Assembly (NCBI GenBank): GCA_963794325.1
Contig: CAWCDG010000004.1
Coordinates: forward strand, 640,001 to 704,000
From: an uncultured delta proteobacterium
Lineage (GTDB): Bacteria > Desulfobacterota > Binatia > Binatales > Binataceae
Direction of reading: 5' to 3'
DNA: 64,000 nucleotides
The number at the start of each line of letters is the position of its first letter. Within the stretch, counting starts at the first letter, position 1. A model generated the notes under the pieces. That model was not told the DNA's origin. It made no database searches and saw only the letters and a list, made by a program, of their open reading frames with translations. The position numbers and the translations under genes were made by a program. Below are positions 40,132 through 49,663 of the stretch, in pieces.

Positions 40132-40884
40132 ATGCTGCAAGCCTCTAGGGTGCAAAATTTGAATGAACGAAACACTTCACGCGAAACCGATCTTGACCGA
40201 CTGAGCCGCCTCAAGGCCTTATCCTGGCTGTCCCAACCTGAACTTGCGCTTCTGATCGGTGCGATGGCGATGGCCAACTACAAACGGCACTCGGTCATCC
40301 TGCGCGAGGTTGCGCTCGCCCGCGACGCTCACATTTTGTTAACAGGGATCGCGCGCATCACATGCCGCAACGCGCGCAATGAGCGGGTCACCGTCGCGAT
40401 GCTCGCGCCGGGGCCGATTCCCGAGTTCCCGGCCCTGCCGCTCAGCCAGTCCAGTTTCCAGTGCGAGGCTTACAATGATTGCCGGGTCGGGACGGTAAGC
40501 TGGAGTGATTTCGACGGGATCACCGCAAACGCTCCCGAGTCGGCCTTCAGGCAATTTCATCGCAACGATTTGAAGCAGTGGTATCGCCTCCTGCTGCGCA
40601 GCTCGAGCTTTCTCAACCTCGGCCTCCATGAGCGAATCGCAATCGCGCTGCTCGAACTTTGCGCGGACTTCGGAATCGAGGAGTCGCGCGGCACGCTGCT
40701 ACGCGTATCTTTCAGCCACAAGGACATCGCGAACCTGGTCGGGGCCTCGCGCCCGCGGGTCACCGAGCATCTGGCGCGGCTCGAGCGTGAAAAGTTCGTG
40801 ATTCGGCAGGGACGGCAGATGGTGGTCCAGGTCGCCAAGCTCTTCGACTCGATGAATGCGCAAGCGGGTGCGCTTCTGAATTGA
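40132..40884 (+). CDS. Crp/Fnr family regulator, paralog 2
   Basis: ILLTGIARIT, LHERIAIALLEL, HKDIANLVGASRPRVTEHL. Confidence 0.85.
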   Translation: MLQASRVQNLNERNTSRETDLDRLSRLKALSWLSQPELALLIGAMAMANYKRHSVILREVALARDAHILLTGIARITCRNARNERVTVAMLAPGPIPEFPALPLSQSSFQCEAYNDCRVGTVSWSDFDGITANAPESAFRQFHRNDLKQWYRLLLRSSSFLNLGLHERIAIALLELCADFGIEESRGTLLRVSFSHKDIANLVGASRPRVTEHLARLEREKFVIRQGRQMVVQVAKLFDSMNAQAGALLN

Positions 40885-40929
40885 CGCACGCGATCGAGTC
40901 GCGACGTCAACGAGGTAAGTTTCTTGGAA

Positions 40930-41136
40930 ATGGAACTCAACCTGGTCCGAATCGAGTTAATCGACGATCCGGCCACGATTGCAGAGGTCGGATTTGAAGC
41001 TCGATGCGAAGGCGATGATTTGATTTGCCGGCGATGTGGAGATGCCGAAGAAGCTATCGCGGCTATCCTGGTGGTCCCGGCGGGAGGACACGCGCGATGG
41101 GCGCTGTGCGCGAATTGTTTGCTCGAATTGCCCTGA
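40930..41136 (+). CDS. Small putative zinc-binding protein
   Basis: CRRC...CANC in 68 aa, co-oriented behind the Crp pair. Confidence 0.5.
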   Translation: MELNLVRIELIDDPATIAEVGFEARCEGDDLICRRCGDAEEAIAAILVVPAGGHARWALCANCLLELP

Positions 41137-41365
41137 ACTAGCGCCGCTACCGCAAACCGATGAACACAATTGTCGACACACCCGCGAACCCCGGCGACTT
41201 GTTGCACGCGATGCTGGAAGGCCTGATCGTCGTCGAGATCAGTCACGCGACTTTCGTGAAGAAACAGCCCCAACCTCCCTCACCGTCGCGACGCGGGCCC
41301 GGAATCCGAAGCGTAAGATCAAGCCGAATCGCGGTTTCCGGTCGTTGCCGGCCTGCCAGGTAGGT

Positions 41366-42514
41366 TCACGAGCTCAGGCCCAGCCGCGCGCGAGCGTAGG
41401 CCTCGGCGGAGTTGTCGAAATCGATACTGGCATGCTGCGCGCCGACATTGACGTTGCGAAATGCCGCCTGGAGCGCGCTCGGCGCGTACACCGCGTGCGC
41501 GCCCGAACCCGAGAACATTCGCGCGACTGCGCGGCGGCATAGCTCGGCGGCATACGAGGCCTGCCACTTCGCGCGCACCCTGCGATCGTTGTCGAAGGTC
41601 TCCCCGGTCGCCATCAGGCGATCGAATTCACCGAGTGTGTCGTGAAGCAACAGTTCCGCCGAATGAATCTCGGCAGCGGCTTCCGACAATCGCACCTGCG
41701 TCGGCCCATGCTCCGCCTTTCGAGCGCCGGTCAAAATGACGCGCCGCTCCTTCGTGCGCTCGATGAACTGACGCAACGCGAATTTCGCGGAACCCAGCAC
41801 CGCGGTCGACACCGACACTGACAACATCGCCTCGGCCGAGAGCCGATAAAGATTCGTCGAATGATTGGCCGCGTGAGGACTCGCGCCGCGAAACAGAATC
41901 CGCGTATCGATCGCACGATGCATTGGAACGAAGATGTCGTGCGCCAGCACGTCTTTGCTGCCGGTGCCTTGCAGGCCCATCACGTGCCAGGTGTCATCAA
42001 CTTCGAGGTCCGCGCGCGGCACGACCACGTGAACCGACGGCCGGCGCGTGGCGGCATCAGCGCATCCCAGAATTACCCAATGAGCATGATCGACGCCGCT
42101 GCAAAATTGCCACCGTCCTTCGACGCGGAAGCCGCCATCCACCGGGCCGGCGGTGCCCTGCGACGACAGCGTCCCCGCGACCAGGCCGTCCCGCCCCTCG
42201 CCAAAGACGTTGTCCTGCGCCAGTTCGGGAAACGAACCCATGCACCAATGATGCGCGCCCATGACCATCAGCACCCAGCCGCTCGAGGGGCACGCCTCGG
42301 AGAGGGAAGTCACTGCGTCGGCGAGCGTCCGCAGACTCAGCTCGTAGCCCCCCACGCGGCGCGGCTGCGGAATCCGGAACATGCCTGCGTTGACCATCGC
42401 CGCCATGCTCTCGGCGGTCAGCTTGCGGGCGAGGTCGCACTCGTGCGCATGCGCAGAAAGCGCCGGCGAGATCGCGGCGACGCGGCGCATGATTTCATCG
42501 TGATCGATCTGCAT
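41366..42514 (-). CDS. Flavin-dependent monooxygenase, acyl-CoA dehydrogenase fold (HsaA-like)
   Basis: QPRRVGG, GRWQFCSGVDHA, DTWHVMGLQGTGSKDV, FRNV....QH. Confidence 0.88.
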   Translation of the reverse strand: MQIDHDEIMRRVAAISPALSAHAHECDLARKLTAESMAAMVNAGMFRIPQPRRVGGYELSLRTLADAVTSLSEACPSSGWVLMVMGAHHWCMGSFPELAQDNVFGEGRDGLVAGTLSSQGTAGPVDGGFRVEGRWQFCSGVDHAHWVILGCADAATRRPSVHVVVPRADLEVDDTWHVMGLQGTGSKDVLAHDIFVPMHRAIDTRILFRGASPHAANHSTNLYRLSAEAMLSVSVSTAVLGSAKFALRQFIERTKERRVILTGARKAEHGPTQVRLSEAAAEIHSAELLLHDTLGEFDRLMATGETFDNDRRVRAKWQASYAAELCRRAVARMFSGSGAHAVYAPSALQAAFRNVNVGAQHASIDFDNSAEAYARARLGLSS

Positions 42515-42568
42515 AGTGACTCCAGTAGTCAGATCGCGCCTCGAATGACTATTTGCTGATTAGCCAGT

Positions 42569-43480
42569 TCATCGGGGCGCCAGTGTCTCGAGCGCGCGCT
42601 CTTCAGGCGTCGCGCCGCCTCGGTTGCCGCCTGCCGCATGACTCCACGCCCCGGCGCTGCCCTCTGGTCTGAGCGGCGTAATGCACACGTGCGTCGCGCC
42701 GGCTTTGTATTGCGCGGAGACGCGATCGCGGATTGCTTGTTCGTCGCCCCACGCTACCATCGCATCGACCAGGCGATCGCTGCCGCCGTCGGCGAAATCC
42801 GAATCGTCGAAGCCCATCAGCCTGAAGCTTTGCAGGTAGTTGGGGAGTCGGAGGTAGAAAGCGATTAACCCGCGAATCGCAGCGCGCGCCTTGCTGGCAT
42901 CCTTTTCAAGCATCGAGACCTGCTGCACGCAGATCAATTTGTCGGGTCCCATCTCGGCGCGAATCTGCGCAGTCCGTTCCGGCGTGACAAAGGTCGGGAT
43001 TGTTCCATCTGTCTCGGCCGCCGCAAGCCGAAGCATCTTCGGAAGAAGAGCGGCAACCACGATTGGCGCTTCCGACGACGGCCGCGCCGCGCTGTACGGA
43101 GCCTCCTTCAGCCGCGCAAGATAGTCCCGCATGAAGCTCAACGGCTTCACGTAGTTGATTCCCATTCGCGTCATCATCGGCCCATGGCTGATTCCGATGC
43201 CCAGGACGAATCGGCCGGGAAACAGTTCTGCGAGGGTCCGCGCCCCGCTCAGCATCGCGACCGGCCCGCGCTTCCAGACATTCGCGATCGCGGTGCCGAC
43301 GATTAATTTGTCGGTCACCGTCAGCAGATGCGCGGCCAGCGCGAACGGATCGCGGCCGAAGGCTTCGGGAAACCACAGAGTACTGTAGCCGAGCTTCTCG
43401 ATCTTGCGCGCAAATTTCGCCAGCTCGATTCCCGCCATCGAATCCATCAATGCATCAACGCCAATGGTGCCAAGATTCAT
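42569..43480 (-). CDS. LLM-class oxidoreductase (probably F420-dependent)
   Basis: LGYSTLWFPE, VGTAIANVW, RFVLGIGISH, AALLPKML, YLRLPNY, GATHVCI. Confidence 0.85.
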   Translation of the reverse strand: MNLGTIGVDALMDSMAGIELAKFARKIEKLGYSTLWFPEAFGRDPFALAAHLLTVTDKLIVGTAIANVWKRGPVAMLSGARTLAELFPGRFVLGIGISHGPMMTRMGINYVKPLSFMRDYLARLKEAPYSAARPSSEAPIVVAALLPKMLRLAAAETDGTIPTFVTPERTAQIRAEMGPDKLICVQQVSMLEKDASKARAAIRGLIAFYLRLPNYLQSFRLMGFDDSDFADGGSDRLVDAMVAWGDEQAIRDRVSAQYKAGATHVCITPLRPEGSAGAWSHAAGGNRGGATPEERALETLAPR

Positions 43481-43571
43481 CAGTTGAAACCTCCACGCGA
43501 AATTAAGGCGGCGCGATTCCTTGCGACCTTTACGCCCCGAACAGGACACTGACAAGCCGCGCATCACAATA

Positions 43572-43621
43572 ATCCGGTTCCCCTTCCCACTAGGGGAAGG
43601 GGTTAGGGGTTAGGTTCCTGA
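43572..43621 (-). repeat. REP-like repeat, family A, copy 5 (inverted)
   Basis: Reverse complement of copy 1 with one mismatch. Confidence 0.85.
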
Positions 43622-43657
43622 TACGATGCGCAACCTTGATATGTTAAAGCAAAACCC

Positions 43658-44707
43658 GTGAAGAAAAACTTTTGCTTGATCATCATCCTGTTCCTGCTGT
43701 CATGCCGCGGCGCAAACGGCGACACCGCCACCTGCGGGCCATTCGGCGATCCTTCGGCGGAGGTAATTTCAGACGTCACCCCGAGCTGCGGCGCCGGCAA
43801 GCTGCTCGGTCCATGGAAAGACGCCGACCACCTCGATCGCTATGCTTGCCTCTTCGAACCGAAATCGACATCCGCGAATAGCAAGTTGCCGATGATCGTA
43901 TACTTACATCCATCACTATTCTCGGCCGGATGGATTACTCTGACGAATATACTTGACCAGCAGAACTCAGTCTCACTTACCGACGATCCGAAGAATGTCG
44001 GGTACATAGTTCTCGCGCCTGAGGGGCGCAAGACGACGCACTACTATCCATTTCCGGACAACAAAGGGATTGGATGGGATAACTGGTATCGCCAGTTATA
44101 TCCCGCGGGCGACGTAAAGCTCGGAGACACGACTTGGCGCGAGAATGCGGACGCTGCCACCATCGACCATTTCATCGCCGGCGAGGTCGCAACTGGCAGC
44201 GTCGATACCAACCGGATTTACGTATCGGGATGGTCCAACGGCGCCGCGATGGGCTTTCTCTACGCCGCAAATCGTCCGAACATCGCGGCGGCTGCGGTTT
44301 ATTCGGCACCCAGTCCGTTCGCCGCATTCGACGATCATTGCCCGCAGAAACCAGTCGCTGGCCCGCCCGCGAATGACAAACAGATTCAGATCTTCAATCC
44401 AGCCGCACGGATAATGCATGTCCACAACGCTTGCGACGTCGGCGGCATTTGTCCCAATGGCGAGCTGCTCGCGACTGAACTCAACGCCGCCGGAGTGGTT
44501 GTCGATGACGTGATCCTCGACAATCATCATCAGCAGGTCCACGCATGTGACGATTCGTGTGGCACCGATCCAAACGCGCCGAAAAAATCAACCGCTACTG
44601 TTATGGGGTCGATAGTCGGTCTCGGTAATCACGCGCGATGGCCCAAGGAATGGATGACCGCGATGCTGGATTTTTTCCGGAAGCATCCGCTAAGGAGTGC
44701 GCCGTAA
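43658..44707 (+). CDS. Secreted alpha/beta hydrolase (PHB depolymerase-like esterase)
   Basis: Signal peptide, PMIVYLH, VDTNRIYVSGWSNGA nucleophile elbow, multiple Cys, GNHARW. Confidence 0.75.
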   Translation: MKKNFCLIIILFLLSCRGANGDTATCGPFGDPSAEVISDVTPSCGAGKLLGPWKDADHLDRYACLFEPKSTSANSKLPMIVYLHPSLFSAGWITLTNILDQQNSVSLTDDPKNVGYIVLAPEGRKTTHYYPFPDNKGIGWDNWYRQLYPAGDVKLGDTTWRENADAATIDHFIAGEVATGSVDTNRIYVSGWSNGAAMGFLYAANRPNIAAAAVYSAPSPFAAFDDHCPQKPVAGPPANDKQIQIFNPAARIMHVHNACDVGGICPNGELLATELNAAGVVVDDVILDNHHQQVHACDDSCGTDPNAPKKSTATVMGSIVGLGNHARWPKEWMTAMLDFFRKHPLRSAP

Positions 44708-44714
44708 GTCCTTG

Positions 44715-44751
44715 TGTCATTCAGAGCGGAGGCCGCGGAGCGAAGAATCCC
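44715..44751 (+). repeat. GTCATTC-type small intergenic repeat (single copy in window)
   Basis: TGTCATTCAGAGCGGAGGCCGCGGAGCGAAGAATCCC resembles a widespread GTCAT..GAGCG..AGCGAAGAATC element (from recall). Confidence 0.4.
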
Positions 44752-44819
44752 GATCTTCGGCACCCGATTGTGCTAATCAGAAAGCGGTCCTAAGGTCGGT
44801 AAACGAGGTCGCAGAAAGC

Positions 44820-45641
44820 ATGCAAACCAACGCCATCAAGGAACATGGGTCGCCGGCAGATCTTATCGATCTCGAACGCTACCCCATCCTCGACTTGCGC
44901 GGCGACGCCACTCGCGAGCTGACTCGTCATTGCCGCGATCAGCTCGATCGGACTGGCGCATGCGAACTGCCCGGATTTCTAAAGCCTGAAGCGGTCGCGA
45001 TGCTCGTGCGTGAGGGCGATTCGCTGTCGGCGCGCGCGTATCACAGCGTCGTGACGGGCACCCCTTATCTCGAAGCTCCCGATCCGTCGTGGCCGAATGA
45101 TCATCCGCGCAAATTTTTCGAGCCGACCTCCGTCGGTGTTGTCGCCTACGATCAGTTCCCCGCCGATTCAGCGATGCGGCAATTGTTCGAATGGGATCCG
45201 CTGATGAAATTCATCGCGGCGGCGCTGAAAAAAGATCGACTCTATCGTTACGCCGATCCGATGGGCGCGCTCAATCTCGCCGTGATGGGCGACGGCGAAC
45301 GATTGCATTGGCACTACGATCAAACCGACTTCGTCACCTCGATCGCGCTGCGGCCGTCCGAGGCGGGCGGCGATTTCGAATACGTTCCGCTGATTCGCAG
45401 TGCCACCAACGAGAACTATCCGCAGGTCCAGCGTCTGCTCGAGGGCTCCGGCGAAGGCGTCGTGCGCGTGCCGATGAAACCGGGCACGCTATTGCTGTTT
45501 GAAGGACGCAATTCGATTCATCGCGTCACGCCGATCAGCGGAACGACGACGCGACTGGTGGCGCTGCTCGCCTACGACACCAAACTCGGAACGCGGAGCA
45601 GCAAAGGCTTGCAGATGGCTCGCTATGGCCGCGTCGCGTAG
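44820..45641 (+). CDS. Fe(II)/2-oxoglutarate oxygenase, BesD/HalD-like, hydroxylase-type triad
   Basis: WHYD, EAGGDFEY, PGTLLLFEGRNSIHRVTP, R.VALLAY. Confidence 0.8.
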   Translation: MQTNAIKEHGSPADLIDLERYPILDLRGDATRELTRHCRDQLDRTGACELPGFLKPEAVAMLVREGDSLSARAYHSVVTGTPYLEAPDPSWPNDHPRKFFEPTSVGVVAYDQFPADSAMRQLFEWDPLMKFIAAALKKDRLYRYADPMGALNLAVMGDGERLHWHYDQTDFVTSIALRPSEAGGDFEYVPLIRSATNENYPQVQRLLEGSGEGVVRVPMKPGTLLLFEGRNSIHRVTPISGTTTRLVALLAYDTKLGTRSSKGLQMARYGRVA

Positions 45642-46890
45642 CTTGGCTACGCCGCGAAAGTCGCGCCGGCTGACTCGCATCGAGAAAGATCTGCTGGGCG
45701 AATGCGCGGTTCCGGCAGACGCGCTTTACGGAATTCATACGGTGAGAGCGGTCGAGAACCTGGGATTCTCAGGTCGCATCCTCGCAAACTATCCCGACTA
45801 CATTCGCGCGCTGGTGACCGTCAAAAAGGCCGCGGCACGCGCCAATCGCGATGCTCGCGTGCTCGACGCTCGCCGCCTCGAGGCGATCGAACGCGCATGC
45901 GACGTCCTGATTCGCGGCGAACATCTCGCGCAGTTTCCGGTGGACATGCTCGTCGGCGGTGGTGCGTTCGCGATCAATATGAACGTGAATGAGGTCATCG
46001 CGAATCTCGCCAACGAGTATCTCGGCCGCGCACGCGGCTCGTACGAACCTGTGAATCCGAAGTTGCACGTCAACGCGTCGCAATCGACGGCCGACGTTTG
46101 TCATACCGCGGTTCGCATGACGGTTCTGAATCGATGGGCCGGATCGCGACGCACGCTCGGTCAATGCGTCACGACATTTCGGGCGAAGGCGGCTGAGCTG
46201 AGGCGGGTCATATCAATCTCGCGCACCTGCCTTCAGGACGCGTCACCGGTATCGCTCGGCGAACTGTTTGGCGGCCACGCCGAAGTGATCGCTCGTCGGA
46301 CTGGCGAGTTGGCACAGAGCGTAAAGGGACTGACGCGGATAAACCTGGGAGGCACTGCGATTGGCTCTGGAAGCGGAGCGCCCGCCGCGTATCGACGCAC
46401 GATCGTGAAGCGGTTGAATGAGCTCACTGGCCGGAAATTTACTCTGCGGCGAAACCTGTACGACGCGGCCCAGAACCCTGACGACCTCGCGGCGGTCTCC
46501 GCGCAGCTCGCGATGCTGGCCGAGGTCCTGATCAAAATCGCGCAGGATCTTCGCTTTTTGTCGTCGGGCCCGGAGGGCGGCTTCGGCGAAATCATACTGC
46601 CCGCGGTTCAGGAAGGCTCCTCGATCTTCCCCGGAAAGATCAATCCCGCGATTCCGGAGACGATGATCCAATGCTGTTTCCAGGTGCTGGGCTGCGAGCG
46701 CTCGGCACGGCTCGCGCTGGAGCGCGGCGAACTGAACTTGAACATCTTCGAGGGTGCGGCAGCCGTGAATCTCTTCGATGCGATCGAGATGATGAAGCGA
46801 TCGGTCGCGATGTTCTCAGCGCGATGCGTCAGCGGAATCGCCGCAAACAAAAAGCGATGTCGCGAACTCGCGTCGCGCGCACGCTATTGA
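45625..46890 (+). CDS. Aspartase/fumarase family lyase (divergent)
   Basis: RIEKDLLG, LYGIHTVRAVEN, NMNVNE, SQST, LQDA, SSGP.GG, GSSIFPGKINP. Confidence 0.88.
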   Translation: MAASRSLATPRKSRRLTRIEKDLLGECAVPADALYGIHTVRAVENLGFSGRILANYPDYIRALVTVKKAAARANRDARVLDARRLEAIERACDVLIRGEHLAQFPVDMLVGGGAFAINMNVNEVIANLANEYLGRARGSYEPVNPKLHVNASQSTADVCHTAVRMTVLNRWAGSRRTLGQCVTTFRAKAAELRRVISISRTCLQDASPVSLGELFGGHAEVIARRTGELAQSVKGLTRINLGGTAIGSGSGAPAAYRRTIVKRLNELTGRKFTLRRNLYDAAQNPDDLAAVSAQLAMLAEVLIKIAQDLRFLSSGPEGGFGEIILPAVQEGSSIFPGKINPAIPETMIQCCFQVLGCERSARLALERGELNLNIFEGAAAVNLFDAIEMMKRSVAMFSARCVSGIAANKKRCRELASRARY

Positions 46891-47517
46891 TTAGAGATTG
46901 TTCTTATAGTCCTGCTCGATCGCCCGATCGACTTGTTGAGCAAGTTCTTCGCCACCGCCAACTTTCGCGCTTAGGATTTTCCCGAAGGAAATCTTGTGGC
47001 GCTCGCCCCATGTCTCCGGCTTCCAGAGCTGAGAACGGATGAAAGCCTTGGCGCAGTGGAAAAAGCATTCTCGCACAGTTACCCGGATCGCAAGCAGCGC
47101 GGGCGCGCCGCGAGCACTCAGTCGAACGAGCAGCTCGGGGTCAGCGGTCAACTCCGCGGTCCCGTTGATACGGAAAGTCTCGTCGGTGCCCGGCACCAGA
47201 AAAATAATTCCGACTTGCGGATTGGCTAGAATGTTCCTGAGACTGAACATCAGCCGGTTTCCTTTGCGTTCGGGAATTAGAAGGGTGTGCTCGTTCTCCA
47301 CCGCAACGAAGCCGGCGCCGTCTCCTTTCGGTGAAGCGTCCTCGTTGCCCTGTGCGTCGGCGGTTGCAAGCACGATAAAGGGCGACCTGCGAATGAAATC
47401 AATCGCGGCTTCATCGAGCGCCGAAAAAAGTTTTTTCGGAGTCATCGGATTCGGCTCGCCGATCAGCGCCTGGAGTTGTGCGACTGTTTCAATTCGATGG
47501 CCGGATGAGGTTCCCAT
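46891..47517 (-). CDS. Pyridoxamine 5'-phosphate oxidase-like FMN-binding protein
   Basis: DASPKGD, PERKGN, IFLVPG.DETFRING, FFHCAKAFIRSQLW. Confidence 0.88.
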   Translation of the reverse strand: MGTSSGHRIETVAQLQALIGEPNPMTPKKLFSALDEAAIDFIRRSPFIVLATADAQGNEDASPKGDGAGFVAVENEHTLLIPERKGNRLMFSLRNILANPQVGIIFLVPGTDETFRINGTAELTADPELLVRLSARGAPALLAIRVTVRECFFHCAKAFIRSQLWKPETWGERHKISFGKILSAKVGGGEELAQQVDRAIEQDYKNNL

Positions 47518-47537
47518 TTTGACAATCCTCCGAATAG

Positions 47538-48482
47538 TCATTCACTAGTTGGCTGCGACTCACGATTCCAGGCATCGATCGATTTCGCGATTCCACTTTC
47601 CAGCGTCGAAAACGGGTCGGTATAGCCCGCATGCCTCAACGCCGAGATATCAGCTTGCGTGAAGCTTTGATACTTGCCCGCAAGGCTTTCGGGAAACGGT
47701 ATATAGTCGATCGCACCGGCGCCAAGCCGCGCGATTAGTATTCTCGCGACGTCGTTGAAGCTGCGAGCTTCTCCAGTGCCGACGTTGAACAGGCCATTGC
47801 GCACGGGACCTTCGGCCAGCGCCAGGTTCACGCGAACGATATCGTTCACAAAAACAAAATCGCGCCGCTGTTCTCCATCCCCGTATCCGTCGGTGCTCTC
47901 GAACAGTTGCGCGCGCCCACTCGCCTTCAACTGCCGATAGAGCTGATATACCATCGACGCCATTTTGCCCTTGTGAGACTCGCGCGGACCATAGACGTTG
48001 AAATACCGAAGACCAGCGACCGTGCTTCCAGAGCTGGCGGCAACGCTGCGGACGTGATTGTCGAACGCGAGTTTCGAGAGCGCGTAGAGATTGAGCGGAC
48101 GCTCGTTTTCGCGCGACGGCACGAACGCGCTCGATCCGCCATAGACCGCGGCGCTCGACGCGTACACCAACGGAATGTTGCGCGCGAGGGCGAAATGTAG
48201 AATCGACTTCGAGAAGGTGAAGTTGTTTTCGATCATGTAGCGGCCATCGGTGCAGGTGGTGTCGGCGCATGCACCCTGATGAAAGATTGCGTCGATTCGA
48301 TCGGGAAGAGATTTGTGCTCGATGGCGCGCGCGAATTCTTCGGGCTGCATGAAGTCCGAGAACTTCAGGTCGTCAAGATTGCGAAGGCGATCGACGACGA
48401 TCACGTCGGTGACGCCCTTGGCATTCAGCGCGCTCAGAAGATTGCTGCCGATGAAGCCTGCGCCGCCGGTTAGTATAATCAT
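47538..48482 (-). CDS. hldD: ADP-L-glycero-D-manno-heptose 6-epimerase
   Basis: TGGAGFIGSN, FHQGAC.DT, YASSAAVYG, PLNLYALSK, RYFNVYGPRE.HKG.MAS, YQSFTQAD. Confidence 0.93.
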   Translation of the reverse strand: MIILTGGAGFIGSNLLSALNAKGVTDVIVVDRLRNLDDLKFSDFMQPEEFARAIEHKSLPDRIDAIFHQGACADTTCTDGRYMIENNFTFSKSILHFALARNIPLVYASSAAVYGGSSAFVPSRENERPLNLYALSKLAFDNHVRSVAASSGSTVAGLRYFNVYGPRESHKGKMASMVYQLYRQLKASGRAQLFESTDGYGDGEQRRDFVFVNDIVRVNLALAEGPVRNGLFNVGTGEARSFNDVARILIARLGAGAIDYIPFPESLAGKYQSFTQADISALRHAGYTDPFSTLESGIAKSIDAWNRESQPTSE

Positions 48483-48537
48483 TGCTCTCCCGGTTCAGTC
48501 ATCTGGCGTCATTGTAGCTGCCGCTCAGCCGTCCGAT

Positions 48538-49566
48538 CTAACTGGCGCGATACAAACGAGCCGCTTTCGCATGGCGCTGGGCGATTTCCTTTCGCAACGC
48601 TGCGGGCTTGAGCACTTCGATCCACGGGCCCATGCTCATTATCCAGTTCGCCAACTCCGTCGTGCCCTTGACGGTCATAGTCAGGATCGTCGAGCCGTCG
48701 CGGCGACGCGCAAAACGCTGGCTGCGATGAATCGTGCGCGAGCGTACGTACGCCTCGGTTTGTGCGCTGTGGATTTTCAACTCGACTCTCGTCTCAGGAC
48801 CGTCGACGATTCCGAAAGTCCCTTCAGTGTGCGCTTCAGGATTGAATCTCGGCGGATAGGCGAACCGCACGGGAGCGCCGTCCGTCTGCCGAATGAAATC
48901 GACCGAGCGCATTCGCTCTATCGCCAGATAGATAGTTGCGTTGCTTCGATCGCTGTGGCCGAGCAGGTAGAGGCCGCCACGGTAGGCGATTAGCGAGTAG
49001 GGATCGAAATCGTGATGATGCCCCTCGCCCGTCAGACCCGCGTAGTCAACCTTGAGCCGGCTCTGATCGAGCAGCGCGCGCAAGATCACGTCGAGCTGTT
49101 CGCTGAAATCGGTGTAGTCCTTGGGCGCATAAGGTACGGCGTAAAACTTGCGCTCGAGAGCGGACAGGCGAGTCTGCTGCGTCATGTTCAGATTCTGAAA
49201 CACCTTCTCCCACAGCCCCTCGACTCCCTCCTTCAACACCGTGCCTTCGAGGAACTTGAGAACGGTCAGCGAGAAATACAGCAGCGCGACCTGGTACGAG
49301 GAGGCCTCCGCGGCTTTCATCGAACTGACCAGACGGAGTTTTCGATCGCCGCCGGAGGCGACAACTTCGACGAGCGCGCCACCATGCGAGTCGGTCAAAT
49401 CGGTGCGCAGCACGGAGACATAACGGGCGAGAGTGCGCTCGGAGATTTCCAGAGTCTCGGCGATCGATTTGAAACTCCAGCCGTATGGTTTCGAGAATAA
49501 CCCGGCGACGATTCGCGCCAGCCGAATCGCGGCGCCGTAGGTCGGCTTGCGGCGAAGTTTCTTCAT
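48538..49566 (-). CDS. wHTH-WYL-WCX transcriptional regulator
   Basis: IAETLEISERTLARY (HTH); FDPYSL...GLYLLG...LAIERM (WYL); WIMSMG..IEVLKP..LR (WCX). Confidence 0.9.
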   Translation of the reverse strand: MKKLRRKPTYGAAIRLARIVAGLFSKPYGWSFKSIAETLEISERTLARYVSVLRTDLTDSHGGALVEVVASGGDRKLRLVSSMKAAEASSYQVALLYFSLTVLKFLEGTVLKEGVEGLWEKVFQNLNMTQQTRLSALERKFYAVPYAPKDYTDFSEQLDVILRALLDQSRLKVDYAGLTGEGHHHDFDPYSLIAYRGGLYLLGHSDRSNATIYLAIERMRSVDFIRQTDGAPVRFAYPPRFNPEAHTEGTFGIVDGPETRVELKIHSAQTEAYVRSRTIHRSQRFARRRDGSTILTMTVKGTTELANWIMSMGPWIEVLKPAALRKEIAQRHAKAARLYRAS

Positions 49567-49593
49567 GTTCACATCCAATCATCTCGTTTGCCA

Positions 49594-49612
49594 GATGACA
49601 ACCGTTGTCATC
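49594..49612. promoter_or_regulatory. Putative WYL-regulator operator
   Basis: Perfect 9-1-9 palindrome GATGACAAC-C-GTTGTCATC in the 97-bp divergent region between the WYL gene and recC. Confidence 0.7.
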
Positions 49613-49663
49613 ACGCCGATGTAGGTTTCTAAAAGCCGATACGCGATCCATAGTTGTGCCGCG

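Noticed and set aside
41160-41363. 67-aa ORF downstream of the CxxC mini-protein
   Set aside because: No recognisable motif and a low-complexity tail; cannot be supported as coding
44820-45641. Radical halogenase
   Set aside because: The iron motif is H-Y-D; the carboxylate ligand is retained, which indicates a hydroxylase type
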